NCBI GenBank assembly: GCA_963752285.1
Contig: CAVVXN010000005.1
Location: 1,280,001 to 1,344,000, forward strand
DNA: 64,000 nt
Reading direction: 5' to 3'
Origin: an uncultured Planctomycetota bacterium
GTDB taxonomy: Bacteria; Planctomycetota; PLA2; JAEUHO01
The stretch's first letter is position 1. Each line of letters begins with the position of its first letter. A program made the translations under genes and the position numbers. Of this stretch, positions 15,414 through 25,417 are shown piece by piece. Under the pieces are notes generated by a model. The model saw nothing but the letters and a program-made list of their open reading frames with translations. It had not been told where the DNA came from and made no database searches.

Positions 15414-16580
15414 CTAGCGGCCGAAGCGGGTGATTCCCGGAATCTCGCGGCCGGAAGACGGCCTCGGCGCGGCCTCGGCGTACGTCGCCTCGATCGTGCT
15501 CACGCCCTTCGTGATGCCCCTCAGGGCGAGCTTCAGCTCGTCCGGGCTGTCGGCGGCCGCCATCGCGTCCTCGACATCGATGAGCCCGTCCCGGACCAAT
15601 CCGACCAGCGACTGGTTGAAGGTCTGGGTCCCGTAGTACTCGTACCCCTCCTCGAGCGCCTCGGGCAGCTCGCGGGTCCGACCCTCGACGATCATCTCCT
15701 TCACCGTCGGCGTGCCGATCAGGACCTCGACGGCCGGTACGCGACCCGCGGTCGTGCGGCGCGTGATCAAGCGCTGGCTCACGACACCCTCGAGTACGAG
15801 GCCGAGCTGGAGGCGGACGGTCGCGTGCTGGTACGGGGGGAAGAAGGAGATGATCCGCTCCACGGTCTGGACGGCGTTCACCGTGTGCAGGGTGGCCAGC
15901 ACCAGGTGTCCCGTCTCGGCGGCCATGAGTGCCGCGGAGACGGTCTCGAGGTCCCGCATCTCCCCCACCAGGATGACGTCGGGCGTCTGCCGGACCACGG
16001 CCTTCAGCGCCGTGTGGTAGTCCTCGGTGTCGATCCCGATCTCGCGCTGCGTGATCACGCTGCGCTCGTCCTTGAAGACGAACTCGATCGGGTCCTCGAT
16101 GGTGACGACGTGCCGCTGCGTGCAGCGGTTCACGTGGGCGATCATGGCGGCGAGGCTCGTGCTCTTGCCCGAACCCGCGACGCCGGTCACCAAGACCAGC
16201 CCGCGCTGGAGCAGCGCGAGCCGTTGGAGCGGACCCGCGGGGAGGTGGAGGTCCTCCATGCTCGGCACGCTCTCTTTGACGTACCGGAACACGAAGGCCA
16301 TCCGCCGGCGTTGCTGGAGCACGTTCGTGCGGAACCGGCCCACGCCCGGCACGACGATCGCCGTGTCCTTCTCGTGCACGTTCCTGAACGACTGGATGTC
16401 CTCGGGCTCGAGGATCGACTCGAGCAGGTTCTGGGCCTGCTCCTCGGTGAAGAGGTCGTCCGAGAGGAACCGCACCTTGCCCTCCACGCGGACCGCGGGG
16501 CGGTGCCCCGTGCGGAGGATCAGGTCGGAGGCCTGCTCCTTCACCATCTCGCGGAAGTAGGCGAGGACTTCGTCGTTCAT
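15414..16580 (-). CDS. pilT: PilT/PilU family type IV pilus retraction ATPase
   Basis: ASDL, RFRTN, Walker A GVAGSGKST, TIEDPIEF, Walker B VILVGEMRD and His box TGHLVLATLHT. Confidence 0.9.
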   Translation of the reverse strand: MNDEVLAYFREMVKEQASDLILRTGHRPAVRVEGKVRFLSDDLFTEEQAQNLLESILEPEDIQSFRNVHEKDTAIVVPGVGRFRTNVLQQRRRMAFVFRYVKESVPSMEDLHLPAGPLQRLALLQRGLVLVTGVAGSGKSTSLAAMIAHVNRCTQRHVVTIEDPIEFVFKDERSVITQREIGIDTEDYHTALKAVVRQTPDVILVGEMRDLETVSAALMAAETGHLVLATLHTVNAVQTVERIISFFPPYQHATVRLQLGLVLEGVVSQRLITRRTTAGRVPAVEVLIGTPTVKEMIVEGRTRELPEALEEGYEYYGTQTFNQSLVGLVRDGLIDVEDAMAAADSPDELKLALRGITKGVSTIEATYAEAAPRPSSGREIPGITRFGR

Positions 16581-17665
16581 GCTCCCGTCCGTTCCGCCCC
16601 CCTTTCCTCCTCCGGCGAGGCGGGCCCCAGCCGGCGCGGGGGCTCGGGCGGCGCGGGGGCGGACCCGAGCGTCCGCCCGATCGCCGCGAGGAGGGCCGGG
16701 AGGCCCTCCCCCGTGACGGCGGAGATGGGGTGCACCTCCCTATCGGCCGAGCGGGAGAGGCGGCTCAAGGCCGCCGCCCGGTCGCCCGGGGCGAGCGCGT
16801 CCACCTTCGTGCCGACCACGATCTCGGGCCGCTCGGCGAGCCCGTGCCCGTGGGCCCCGAGCTCGGCCCGGACCTGCCGCCACGCCCGCCCCGGGTCGTC
16901 CTCGCTCGGCGTGGCGAGGTCCACGAGATGCACCAGGACGCGGGTCCGCTCGACGTGCCGGAGGAACCGATGGCCGAGGCCGTGGCCCTCGTGGGCGCCC
17001 TCGATCAGGCCCGGCAGGTCGGCGAGCACCACGCGGCGGCCGTCGCCCAGGTCGAGGATCCCGAGGTGAGGCGAGAGCGTCGTGAAGGGCCACGCGCCGA
17101 TCCTCGGCCGCGCGCGCGTGAGGCGCGAGAGCAGGGTGCTCTTGCCGGCGTTCGGGAGCCCGACGAGGCCGACGTCCGCGAGGAGCCGGAGCTCCAGGCG
17201 CAGGCGCCGCTCGCGCCCCTTCTCGCCGAGCTCCCGGCGCATCGGACGCTGCTCCGTCGCGGAGGCGAACCGGGCGTTGCCCCGCCCCCCGTTCCCGCCC
17301 CGGGCGGCGCGCCAGCGCCGGCCGGGCGTGGCGAGGTCCACCAGCCGGCGCCGGGTCGCGAGGTCGTAGACGGAGGTGCCCACGGGAACGCGGACCACCT
17401 TGTCGCGACCGCTCCGTCCCTGGCACTTGTCGGGCCCGCCCCGCTCGCCGTCCTCGGCGGCGGCGAGGTGGATCTCTTCCATGTCGCCGAACGTCGAGAG
17501 CTCGGGGTCCGCGACCAGGTACACGTCGCCGCCCCGGCCGCCGTCCCCGCCGGCGGGGCCACCCCGGGGGACACGGGCCTCGCGCCTCCAGGCGACGATG
17601 CCGTCGCCTCCCGCGCCCGACCGGACGAGCAGGTCGCGCTCGTCTGCGTATCGTTCGTCCGCCAT
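16577..17665 (-). CDS. obgE: GTPase ObgE/CgtA
   Basis: Gly-rich Obg domain (GGPAGGDGGRGGDV, GGNGGRGNARF), GLPNAGKS, PFTT, DLPG and TKVD; ATG 17665. Confidence 0.95.
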   Translation of the reverse strand: MADERYADERDLLVRSGAGGDGIVAWRREARVPRGGPAGGDGGRGGDVYLVADPELSTFGDMEEIHLAAAEDGERGGPDKCQGRSGRDKVVRVPVGTSVYDLATRRRLVDLATPGRRWRAARGGNGGRGNARFASATEQRPMRRELGEKGRERRLRLELRLLADVGLVGLPNAGKSTLLSRLTRARPRIGAWPFTTLSPHLGILDLGDGRRVVLADLPGLIEGAHEGHGLGHRFLRHVERTRVLVHLVDLATPSEDDPGRAWRQVRAELGAHGHGLAERPEIVVGTKVDALAPGDRAAALSRLSRSADREVHPISAVTGEGLPALLAAIGRTLGSAPAPPEPPRRLGPASPEEERGAERTGA

Positions 17666-17708
17666 GGCGGGGCGCGACGGGCGGGGTGGCCCGGCGCGTC
17701 CTTCGCCG

Positions 17709-17960
17709 TCACGCCCGGACGGCGGGACGGACGTGGACGGTGCGGTTCGGACGGTACTCCACCACGCCCTCGGTGAGCGCGAAGAGGGTGAAGTCCCGAC
17801 CCATGCCGACGTTGTGTCCGGGACGAAGACGCGACCCCACCTGACGCACCAGGATGTTTCCCGCAGCGACCCGTTCACCGGCGAAGCGCTTCACGCCGCG
17901 GTACTGCGGGTTGCTGTCGCGGCCGTTGCGCGTCGAGCCCTGGCCCTTCTTGTGTGCCAT
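17709..17960 (-). CDS. rpmA: 50S ribosomal protein L27
   Basis: [24 protein letters not shown]. Confidence 0.98.
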   Translation of the reverse strand: MAHKKGQGSTRNGRDSNPQYRGVKRFAGERVAAGNILVRQVGSRLRPGHNVGMGRDFTLFALTEGVVEYRPNRTVHVRPAVRA

Positions 17961-17973
17961 GTCGCGCTCCCCT

Positions 17974-18285
17974 CTACCCGGCGATGCCGACGACGCGCAC
18001 GTCCGTGTAGCGCTGGCGGTGACCCTGCTTCTTCCGATAGCCCTTGCGGCGCTTCTTCTTGAAGACGATCACCTTCTTGTCCTTGACCTCGCCGAGGACG
18101 GTGGCCTCGACCTTCACGCCCTCGACGACGGGCGCGCCGGCGCGAATCCCGTCGTCGCCCGACACGAGGAGGACGCGGTCGAACACGACGGTCTCCCCGG
18201 GGCGCTCGGGCCGGAGGTCGAGGCGGACCCGCACCCCCGGCGCTACGAAGTACTGCCTTCCGCGATCGCTGATGACGGCGTACAT
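17974..18285 (-). CDS. rplU: 50S ribosomal protein L21
   Basis: [12 protein letters not shown]...[20 protein letters not shown] 18285. Confidence 0.97.
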   Translation of the reverse strand: MYAVISDRGRQYFVAPGVRVRLDLRPERPGETVVFDRVLLVSGDDGIRAGAPVVEGVKVEATVLGEVKDKKVIVFKKKRRKGYRKKQGHRQRYTDVRVVGIAG

Positions 18286-18406
18286 GGTTCGGTTCCCTGG
18301 GCGCCGGGCTCGTTTCGCGCCCACGCGGTCGAGCGAAGCAGGGTAGCGCCCCCCGCGGGGGCTCCCAAGCCCATTCCCGGCCCCGCGGGGCCCCGCGGGC
18401 CTCCCC

Positions 18407-20716
18407 TCAGTGCGTCTCCTCGCGCCCGGCGGGCGGGAGGCCCTTCATCGCCCAGCCGTCCGCCGCGAGGCGGTCGTCGATCTCCACCCGGACGGAGCCG
18501 GACGCGCTCGCCTCGATCTCCCTCAGGAGCGCCGCCCGGTGGCGGAGGATCCACTCGCGGACGGCCCTCGGCAGGCGCACCTCGAGCCCGCCGCGTCCCC
18601 GGGACCGCGCGATGCGCGCCTGCATCTCGCGCAGCACGCGCAGGCCGAGGCCGGCCGGGTGGCGGCGACGTCCCGTGCCCCCGCACTCCGGGCACTCCGC
18701 GTGGGTCACGCGCGAGAGCGCCTGACGGACGCGCTGGCGCGAGAGCATGATGCAGCCGAACGGCCCGATCCGGCCGAGGCGGATCCGCGCGCGGTCCCGG
18801 GCGAGCGCCTGCTGGAAGGCCTTCTCGACGCTCTTGACCGCCCGGTGGCTCCGCATGTCGATCAGGTCCACGACGACCAGGCCGCCGAGGTCCCGGAGCC
18901 GGAGCTGCCGCGCGACCTCGTCCACGGCCTCCAGGTTCGTGTGGAGCGCGGTCGCCTCCGGGTCGGTCTCCTCGGTGAACCGGCCCGAGTTCACGTCGAT
19001 CGACACGAGCGCCTCGGTCGGGTCGATCACGATCGACCCGCCGCTCGGGAGCCGGAGCGAGCGGCGGAACGCCTCCTCGAGCTGCGACTCCACGTCGTAC
19101 GCGTGGAAGAGGGGCATCGGGTCGTCGGGGACGGCGACCTCGGGCATCGCGCGGACGACGGACGCCGGCGGCTCGACGGGCTCCGCCGCCGCCGCCTCCG
19201 CGGGCTCCGCGGACTCCGCGGGGAGCGAGGTCTCCTCGCCGTAGAGACGCGGCCGGGGAATCGGCCCGTACCACGCGCCGAGCAGGCTCCGGATGCGCGC
19301 CGCGAGGTCCTCGCGGTCCACGACGATCCGCACCGCGTCGGTCGGCATGATGTCGCGGATGGCGCGTTCGGCGACGTCGCTCTCCGAGCGCAGCAACGAC
19401 GGCGGCCCGCCCTGCGCCGCGAGCACCTCGAGGCGCCGCCACTCCTGCACGAGGTGGTCGAGGTCGCGCTTCAGGTCCTCGTACGTGCCCTCCTCGCCGG
19501 CCGTCCGGACGATGAGGCCCATGCCCTCGGGGACCTCGAGCTTCGCGAGGTTCTGTCGCACGCGGTCCCGCACCTCGCCGCGGCCGATCCGGCGCGACAC
19601 GCCCGACCGCGGGCTCAACGGCATCAGGACCAGGTACCGGCCGGGCAGCGCGATCCGCGCCGTGAGCGCAGGCCCCTTCTTGCCGATGCTGTCCCGCGTG
19701 ACTTGGACCAGCACCTCCTGCCCCGGCGAGAGGAGGTCGGTGATCGAGGAGCCGGGCTCTCGGTTCGGGAGGTCGGAGACGTGGAGGAACCCCGTGAGGC
19801 TCCGGCCGAGGTCCACGAACGCCGCGCCGATGCCCTGCTCGACGTTCTGGACGTGCCCCCGATACACGTTGCCGGTCGCGGAACGCTCGTCCGCGCCCTC
19901 GACGTAGAGCTCCTCGACCTTCCCGTTCTCGAGGAGCGCGATGCGGACCTCCTCGGGGTCCTTCGCGTTCACGAGCAGGACCTTCTCGACCGGCGTCTCC
20001 GGCTTCGGCGCCTTCGCCGCGCTCGACGCGGTGACCTCGACCGTCTCCTGGTCGCGCGACTCCCGGGTGCGGCGCCCGCGCCGGGCCGGCCGCTCCTCGC
20101 GGTCGCGCCGGGCCGGTCGCTCCTCGCGCTCGCGCCGGGCGCGGCGACGGCGCGGGCCGCCCTCCTTCTCCTCCTCGGCGCCCTTCGCCCGCCCCCCGTC
20201 TCCCCGCCCGACCTCGTCCGAACCCGCCTCGAGGGCGCCGCCCTCGGCGTCCGGCGACGCCGCGCTCTCTTCCGTCGCCGAACCGGCGCCCTTGCGCTTG
20301 CGGCGTCCGCGGCGCGAGGTGCGTCCGCGCTTCGTACGCCGGCGTGAGCGGCCCTCGCGCCCCGCGCCCGCGTCCTCCGCCGCGTTCACTGCGTCCGGCG
20401 CGTCCACCGCGTCCGCCGTGGCGGGGGCCCCGGCCGCGCCCGTCGCCTCGGCCGACGACGGCGACACCTCCTGCGCTTCGTCCGCCGCGCCCCCGCGCGC
20501 GGCGCGGCGCCGTCGGCGCGGGCGACGGCGGCGCTTCGAGGTCTCGTCGGCGGCCTCGTCCGGGGCGGCGTTCGCGCGCTCCCCGCCGCCGCCGGCCGTT
20601 CCCTCGTCGCCGCCTTCGCGCGACCGGCGGCGCGTGCGCCGCCGTCGCTTCGTGGATCCCTCCGCCCCGGCCGGCGCCTCGGCGGCGTCCGGCTCCGTGC
20701 CCTCGTCCGGCTGCAT
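18407..20716 (-). CDS. rne: Ribonuclease E/G family protein with long N-terminal disordered Arg/Glu-rich extension
   Basis: GNVYRG S1 domain, [39 protein letters not shown] and Zn-link CPECGGTG. Start ATG 20716 inferred. Confidence 0.9.
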   Translation of the reverse strand: MQPDEGTEPDAAEAPAGAEGSTKRRRRTRRRSREGGDEGTAGGGGERANAAPDEAADETSKRRRRPRRRRRAARGGAADEAQEVSPSSAEATGAAGAPATADAVDAPDAVNAAEDAGAGREGRSRRRTKRGRTSRRGRRKRKGAGSATEESAASPDAEGGALEAGSDEVGRGDGGRAKGAEEEKEGGPRRRRARREREERPARRDREERPARRGRRTRESRDQETVEVTASSAAKAPKPETPVEKVLLVNAKDPEEVRIALLENGKVEELYVEGADERSATGNVYRGHVQNVEQGIGAAFVDLGRSLTGFLHVSDLPNREPGSSITDLLSPGQEVLVQVTRDSIGKKGPALTARIALPGRYLVLMPLSPRSGVSRRIGRGEVRDRVRQNLAKLEVPEGMGLIVRTAGEEGTYEDLKRDLDHLVQEWRRLEVLAAQGGPPSLLRSESDVAERAIRDIMPTDAVRIVVDREDLAARIRSLLGAWYGPIPRPRLYGEETSLPAESAEPAEAAAAEPVEPPASVVRAMPEVAVPDDPMPLFHAYDVESQLEEAFRRSLRLPSGGSIVIDPTEALVSIDVNSGRFTEETDPEATALHTNLEAVDEVARQLRLRDLGGLVVVDLIDMRSHRAVKSVEKAFQQALARDRARIRLGRIGPFGCIMLSRQRVRQALSRVTHAECPECGGTGRRRHPAGLGLRVLREMQARIARSRGRGGLEVRLPRAVREWILRHRAALLREIEASASGSVRVEIDDRLAADGWAMKGLPPAGREETH
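20078..20140. repeat. 27-bp in-frame tandem repeat (about 2.3 copies) encoding (E/D)REERPARR in the RNase E/G N-terminal extension
   Basis: GCGCCGGGCCGG(C/T)CGCTCCTCGCG(G/C)TC repeated. Confidence 0.6.
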
Positions 20717-20810
20717 GGCGGCGGAGGCTACCACCCGCCCGCGGGAACGAAAGTCGCCCCGCGGGCAGATCCCGCGGGGCGACGGCACATCGGGGTTCGC
20801 CGGTCTCGGA

Positions 20811-22808
20811 TCAGCGCGAGGGCGCCATCGGCATCGGCGGCGTCGGCGCAGGCGCCGGCGTCGGTGCCGCGGCCGGCCGGGGACCGCTCGGCGGAGCGCA
20901 GGGCGTGTAGCGCGGCTGACACGGCCCGAGGGGGAAGTCCCCGGCCGCGTGCCCGTACAGGTCGCTCCACTCGGTCGCGACCGTCGAGGCGCGCCCGGCG
21001 AGCTCGTCCGAGATCGTGCAGTTCGCCGCGTCGGAGCCCTTGAGGATCCTCGGCGTGATCGTGATCAGGAGGTGCTGCCGGTTCTTCGTGTGCGACTTGC
21101 CCTGGAAGAGCATCCCGAGCACCGGGATGTCGCCGAGGAGCGGCAGGTGGTCCACGGAGTCCCGCACCTGGTCCTCCAAGAGGCCGCCGATCACGGCCGT
21201 CTCGCCGTCCCTCAGGATCATCGCGGTCTTCATGGTGGACGTCTGGATGCGCGGAAGGTCGATCGTCTGACCGGAGACCGTGATGCGCTCGAACCCGATG
21301 ATCGGGCTCGTGGTCCCGTTCAGCGCGCTGCGCTGCGGGATCACCGTCATCAGGATCTTGCCCTCGCCGCGGATCACGTTCGGGATGATCAGGAGCTGGA
21401 AGCCGACGTTCACGGGGCTGTTCGGGTCCTCCTCGACGGAGAACGCGAGGCCGCCGTTCTGGTTCGTCGCCGCCGTGGACCGCGCGTACGGCACGGAGTC
21501 GCCGATGAAGATCGTCGCCTCCTGGTTGTCGAGCGCGAGGAGCTTCGGCGCCTGGACGATCCGGGTGCTCGTGTCCCGCTGCAGGGCCTGGAAGAACACG
21601 TCGGTCTGGCTCGTCGTCAGCGCGCCGTAGTTGAACGCGCTGCCCGCCGGCGAGGGGAACGCCGTCCCCGTGATCGCCTCGGCGAGGTCGCCCGTGCCGC
21701 CGCCCGCGTTGAACGGGAGCATGTGGATGATGTCCGAGCCCTGGAAGCCGACGCGCACGCCGTTCTCGCCGGCGTTGAGCCCGAGGTTCAACGCGTCGTC
21801 GCACGACGTGATGATGAAGTTCATGTCGATGAAGATCTGCGGCGGCTCGACGTCGAGCTCGCGCAGCATGTCGCGCACGTGGTTCAGCTTCGGCCGCGTG
21901 CCGATGCAGACGAGCGCGTTCTGCGACGCGATGTAGCGGACGTCGCCGTTCTCCTCCGCGACCACCTGGCGGAGCGCCTGGATGATCGGGAAGTTCTGCT
22001 CGAGCTCCGTGGGGTTGTCCGAGGGGACGTACACGTTGCTCTGGATGATGTTCGCGCCGGAGCTGCCGCCGCCGCCGCCGCCGGAGGAGCCGCCCGACGA
22101 GCTGGAGCTGCTGCTCGACGAGCTCCCGCCGGAGTTCCCGGACGCCACCACGCCCTTGTACGGAGGCGGCGGCCGCATGTAGCGGAAGCGGTAGTAGGTG
22201 GTCTCGAGCTCGAGCGAGGTCTTCGCGACGACCCGGAGGATGCCATAGTCCTCCTCGACCAGGGCGTAGCCGGCGGTCCGGACCACCTGCTCGAGCGCGG
22301 CGCGCCACGGCACCTCGTTGAGGCTCAGGGTGATCGTGCCCGTCACGTCCTGCGCGACCATGACGCTGGCGGACGAGTAGTCCGCGATCGCCACGATGAC
22401 CTTGCGGACGTCCTCGTCCGTGAACGAGAACGTGACCGGCTGCGGACGCTCGATGCGGAGCAGGTTCGTCGCCTGCCGGACCATCACGCCGCCGATCTTC
22501 TCGACCATCGCGTCGAGGGCCTGGACCCAGTGCAGGTCCACCACCCGCAGCGTGACGCGCTGCTCCGCCGCCTCGGGCGCCACGAAGATGTTGACCGTCG
22601 TGCGCGGCTGGATGCGCTCCGCGACGACCTGGCCGAACACCGCGTCCTGGACGTCGAGGGTGACCCGGCCGTCGCCCACGTCGTACGCCCGGTAGCTGTC
22701 CGGGTCGGCCGCGTCGCCCGCGTGGGCCACGGCTCCGGCGCCGAGGATCCACGCCAGGGCCAGCACTCCGGCGAGCCGCGCGCCCGCCCGACGAACATCA
22801 CGTCCCAT
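20811..22808 (-). CDS. Secretin (PilQ/GspD family)
   Basis: Signal peptide; STN-like N domains (GTITLSLNEVPWRAALEQV); LDVEPPQIFID, APKLLALDNQEA, DGETAVIGGL, LPLLGDIPVLGMLF and LLITITPRI. Confidence 0.92.
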   Translation of the reverse strand: MGRDVRRAGARLAGVLALAWILGAGAVAHAGDAADPDSYRAYDVGDGRVTLDVQDAVFGQVVAERIQPRTTVNIFVAPEAAEQRVTLRVVDLHWVQALDAMVEKIGGVMVRQATNLLRIERPQPVTFSFTDEDVRKVIVAIADYSSASVMVAQDVTGTITLSLNEVPWRAALEQVVRTAGYALVEEDYGILRVVAKTSLELETTYYRFRYMRPPPPYKGVVASGNSGGSSSSSSSSSSGGSSGGGGGGSSGANIIQSNVYVPSDNPTELEQNFPIIQALRQVVAEENGDVRYIASQNALVCIGTRPKLNHVRDMLRELDVEPPQIFIDMNFIITSCDDALNLGLNAGENGVRVGFQGSDIIHMLPFNAGGGTGDLAEAITGTAFPSPAGSAFNYGALTTSQTDVFFQALQRDTSTRIVQAPKLLALDNQEATIFIGDSVPYARSTAATNQNGGLAFSVEEDPNSPVNVGFQLLIIPNVIRGEGKILMTVIPQRSALNGTTSPIIGFERITVSGQTIDLPRIQTSTMKTAMILRDGETAVIGGLLEDQVRDSVDHLPLLGDIPVLGMLFQGKSHTKNRQHLLITITPRILKGSDAANCTISDELAGRASTVATEWSDLYGHAAGDFPLGPCQPRYTPCAPPSGPRPAAAPTPAPAPTPPMPMAPSR

Positions 22809-23057
22809 CGGTCTCCTCCCGTGCGAGGGGACGTCGGACCTGGGGGTCCGGTCTCCTCCCGCTTCTGTGTCGGTCGTCCTCCGCCGCAAGTAAAGCCCAC
22901 GCCGGGGACGCGTCCAAGAGGCGAGACCGGGCCCTGAACGTCGGGCTCACCCAAAACGTCCCGCCGGCGGCCACCCGATGACCGGACGGAGACATTTGCC
23001 CCACCTCGGGCGACGCAACGGTGACATGGCGCGTCGGACGGCGTCTCGCGAAATGCA

Positions 23058-23116
23058 CGGGGCCCGGACGCCTCGTGGCGCCCGGGCCCCGTCGCGACCC
23101 CCGACGTGTCGGGGGC
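23058..23116 (-). terminator. Tandem GC hairpins after the pilO-like gene
   Basis: Minus strand GCCCCCGAC-AC-GTCGGGGGT, then CGGGGCCCGGGCGCC-ACGA-GGCGTCCGGGCCCCG followed by TGCATTT. Confidence 0.5.
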
Positions 23117-23118
23117 CG

Positions 23119-24639
23119 TCAGTGGCTGGTGCTTCGCGCCGGCGCGCTCGCGCGGACCGGCTGCACGCGGCCCTTCGTGCCGTGCGGCTTCTCTTCCGCG
23201 CCCCCCTGCTTGCGCTTCACGGGGATCGACTCGCCCTGGTAGGCGAACACCACGTTCTCCGCGCCGATCTCCGAGAGGAGCACGTCTCCGTGCTCGTCGA
23301 GACGGTCGCCGATGTGCATGGGGCGCCCGTTCACGAGCGCGACGCTGCGCGACGGGTTCAAGGGGTTCACGATCGTGCCCGTCACGCGGAGCGGGATGCT
23401 GTGGAACTCGGAGAGGATCTTCGCGCGGGGCCGGAGCGCGGAGATCTGCTCCACGAGGTCGAGGGCGTCGGCCGAGACCTTGCGCCCCTCGAGGAACTGC
23501 TCCCACTGCCCCACCAGGTTCGCGACCTCCTGGTACTCGCCCTTCTCGAAGTGCTTCTGGACCTCGGACAGGGTGCTGGCCACGACGTCGCGGGGGATCG
23601 TCATCTCGCGCGGCGGACGGCGCCCGCGCAGCTCCTCGAGACGGTCCTTGACGGTCTGGACGCGCTGGGCGAGCTCCGGAATCGTGATGGCGCGGCGCTG
23701 GTCGAGCTGCGCGATCCGAGCCCTCAGCTCGTTGATCTGGTCGTCCACGTCACGCTGCAGGCGGTCGAGCCGGAACATGTCGCCCGTCTTGTCGAGGGCC
23801 TTCTCCTGCTCGACCTTCTCGTTGATGTCGTCGAGGAGGTGCTCGAGGTCGAGCACGATCGTCTCCTGGGCCCGCATCGCCTCCTGCAGGTCGCCCTCGT
23901 CGGCGGTCGGCCGGTGCCGGCGCGGGTCGATGAGCGGGTCCCGACGGCTCGCCGCCGGGCGGAGGACGTACGTCTCCGGACGCTCGGGCTGGAAGGCCGC
24001 GATCGCCTCCCGGATCTTCGGCTCCTGGAGCCGCGCCTCGGCGTTCGGGATGTGCACGCGGTCCGAGCCGTCGGACGACGGGTCGTAGAAGTACGTCTCG
24101 AGGGTCAGCTCGACGTCGTGCTGGATCGGCGCCGTGCTGTCGTTGTGCGCCTTCTCGCCCGCGTCGATCTTGAGCCCCTTCACGGAGATCAGGCGCGGGT
24201 CGTTCTCCATCATGTTGATGAACTTCAGGGTGGAGGACGCGTCCCCCTGGAACGAGATGGCGCTCCGGGTGACGTAGATGCCCTGCGCGAGACCGCTCTC
24301 CTGCGCCTGGCTCTCCGGCAGCTCCTGGAAGTGGAGGCCGGCCGTCGCCAGGAACGTGGAGAGGTTGCGGTGGAATCCCGCGATCTTCTGCCGGGTGGGC
24401 AGCACCGCGAGCTCCCGGTTCTCGACCGCGCGGTCCACGAGGACCACCTCCTCGCGCTCCCGGGTCCGGCGGATCTCGATGTCGGCCGCGCGGATGCGCT
24501 GGTCCAGGGAGGAGATCTCCTCCCGGACGCCGTCGATCTCCGTCCGGTCCTTCAGGATGAGCCCGAGGAGGCCCCCCGTGAGGAGGACGCTCGCACCGAT
24601 CGTGACGAACAGTCGCTGACGTTCGCTGAGCCTGGACAC
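23119..24639 (-). CDS. PilO-like protein extended by a coiled coil and a PilP/GspC-HR-like C-terminal domain
   Basis: N-terminal TM + coiled coil + LAVLP...FINMMENDPRLISV (PilO-like); then RRDPLIDP; then a beta-rich C-terminus LRVTGTIV...VALVNG...IGD...IGAENVVF. Confidence 0.7.
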   Translation of the reverse strand: MSRLSERQRLFVTIGASVLLTGGLLGLILKDRTEIDGVREEISSLDQRIRAADIEIRRTREREEVVLVDRAVENRELAVLPTRQKIAGFHRNLSTFLATAGLHFQELPESQAQESGLAQGIYVTRSAISFQGDASSTLKFINMMENDPRLISVKGLKIDAGEKAHNDSTAPIQHDVELTLETYFYDPSSDGSDRVHIPNAEARLQEPKIREAIAAFQPERPETYVLRPAASRRDPLIDPRRHRPTADEGDLQEAMRAQETIVLDLEHLLDDINEKVEQEKALDKTGDMFRLDRLQRDVDDQINELRARIAQLDQRRAITIPELAQRVQTVKDRLEELRGRRPPREMTIPRDVVASTLSEVQKHFEKGEYQEVANLVGQWEQFLEGRKVSADALDLVEQISALRPRAKILSEFHSIPLRVTGTIVNPLNPSRSVALVNGRPMHIGDRLDEHGDVLLSEIGAENVVFAYQGESIPVKRKQGGAEEKPHGTKGRVQPVRASAPARSTSH

Positions 24640-24652
24640 GGCGTCCTCCTTG

Positions 24653-25414
24653 CTACCGGCGGGCGCGCCCCGGCGCGTGCTTCGCCGCGCTCGGAGCGGA
24701 TGCGTTCTTGGGCTTCTCGGGCGGCTTCAACAGGAGCTCGTAGTGGAAGGCGCCGACCACCGGCGGGAGGAGGTCCTCGTCGCCACGCCCCCGATTCTCC
24801 ACCACCGCGATGTTGGGATTGTTGATCTGCAGGAAGTCGTCGTAGAAGTCGGTCCGCTCCCCGGTCGCGTCCGGGTCGCCGGTCAGCGCGCGGAAGAAGG
24901 CGCTGCTCAGGGCCAGGGCGTCGGACGAGTTGTCCATCGCGAGGAAGCCCTTGAAGCGGAACATCCCGCCGTTGGCGACCTCGCCGCGACGGACCGTCTT
25001 GTGGCCCTTCGCCGTGGGCGCCACCTGGGGCGGGACCTCGATCGAGTCGAGCCAGATCTGGAAGGCGTCCTCGGAGTTCTGGCTCGTGACGATGTCGAAG
25101 AACTGGTCGAGCTTGCGGGACCAGAGCGTGCGGGAGCGGTTGATCGTCTGGATCGCCGACCGGCGCTTCTCGTAGCCGTCGATCTCCTTCTGGAGCGCCA
25201 GGGACCGGTCACGCTGCGACTCCTTGCCGCGCGCCTCCTCGGTCTTGACGTTCTTGAGCTCCTTGACGTTGGAGAGCTCGATGAAGTGGGTGTAGGCGTA
25301 GGCACCGGAGGCGCTGGCGACCATGGCCACGCCGACGAGGATCGCCACCAGGCGCGCGACGGGCGTTCCCGTACGCGGGCGGTACTCCGGGGGGAGCAGG
25401 TTGATCTGGATCAT
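24653..25414 (-). CDS. pilN: Type IV pilus assembly protein PilN-like
   Basis: N-terminal IQINLLP PilM-binding motif, TM helix and coiled coil; follows pilM. Confidence 0.85.
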   Translation of the reverse strand: MIQINLLPPEYRPRTGTPVARLVAILVGVAMVASASGAYAYTHFIELSNVKELKNVKTEEARGKESQRDRSLALQKEIDGYEKRRSAIQTINRSRTLWSRKLDQFFDIVTSQNSEDAFQIWLDSIEVPPQVAPTAKGHKTVRRGEVANGGMFRFKGFLAMDNSSDALALSSAFFRALTGDPDATGERTDFYDDFLQINNPNIAVVENRGRGDEDLLPPVVGAFHYELLLKPPEKPKNASAPSAAKHAPGRARR

Positions 25415-25417
25415 GGC

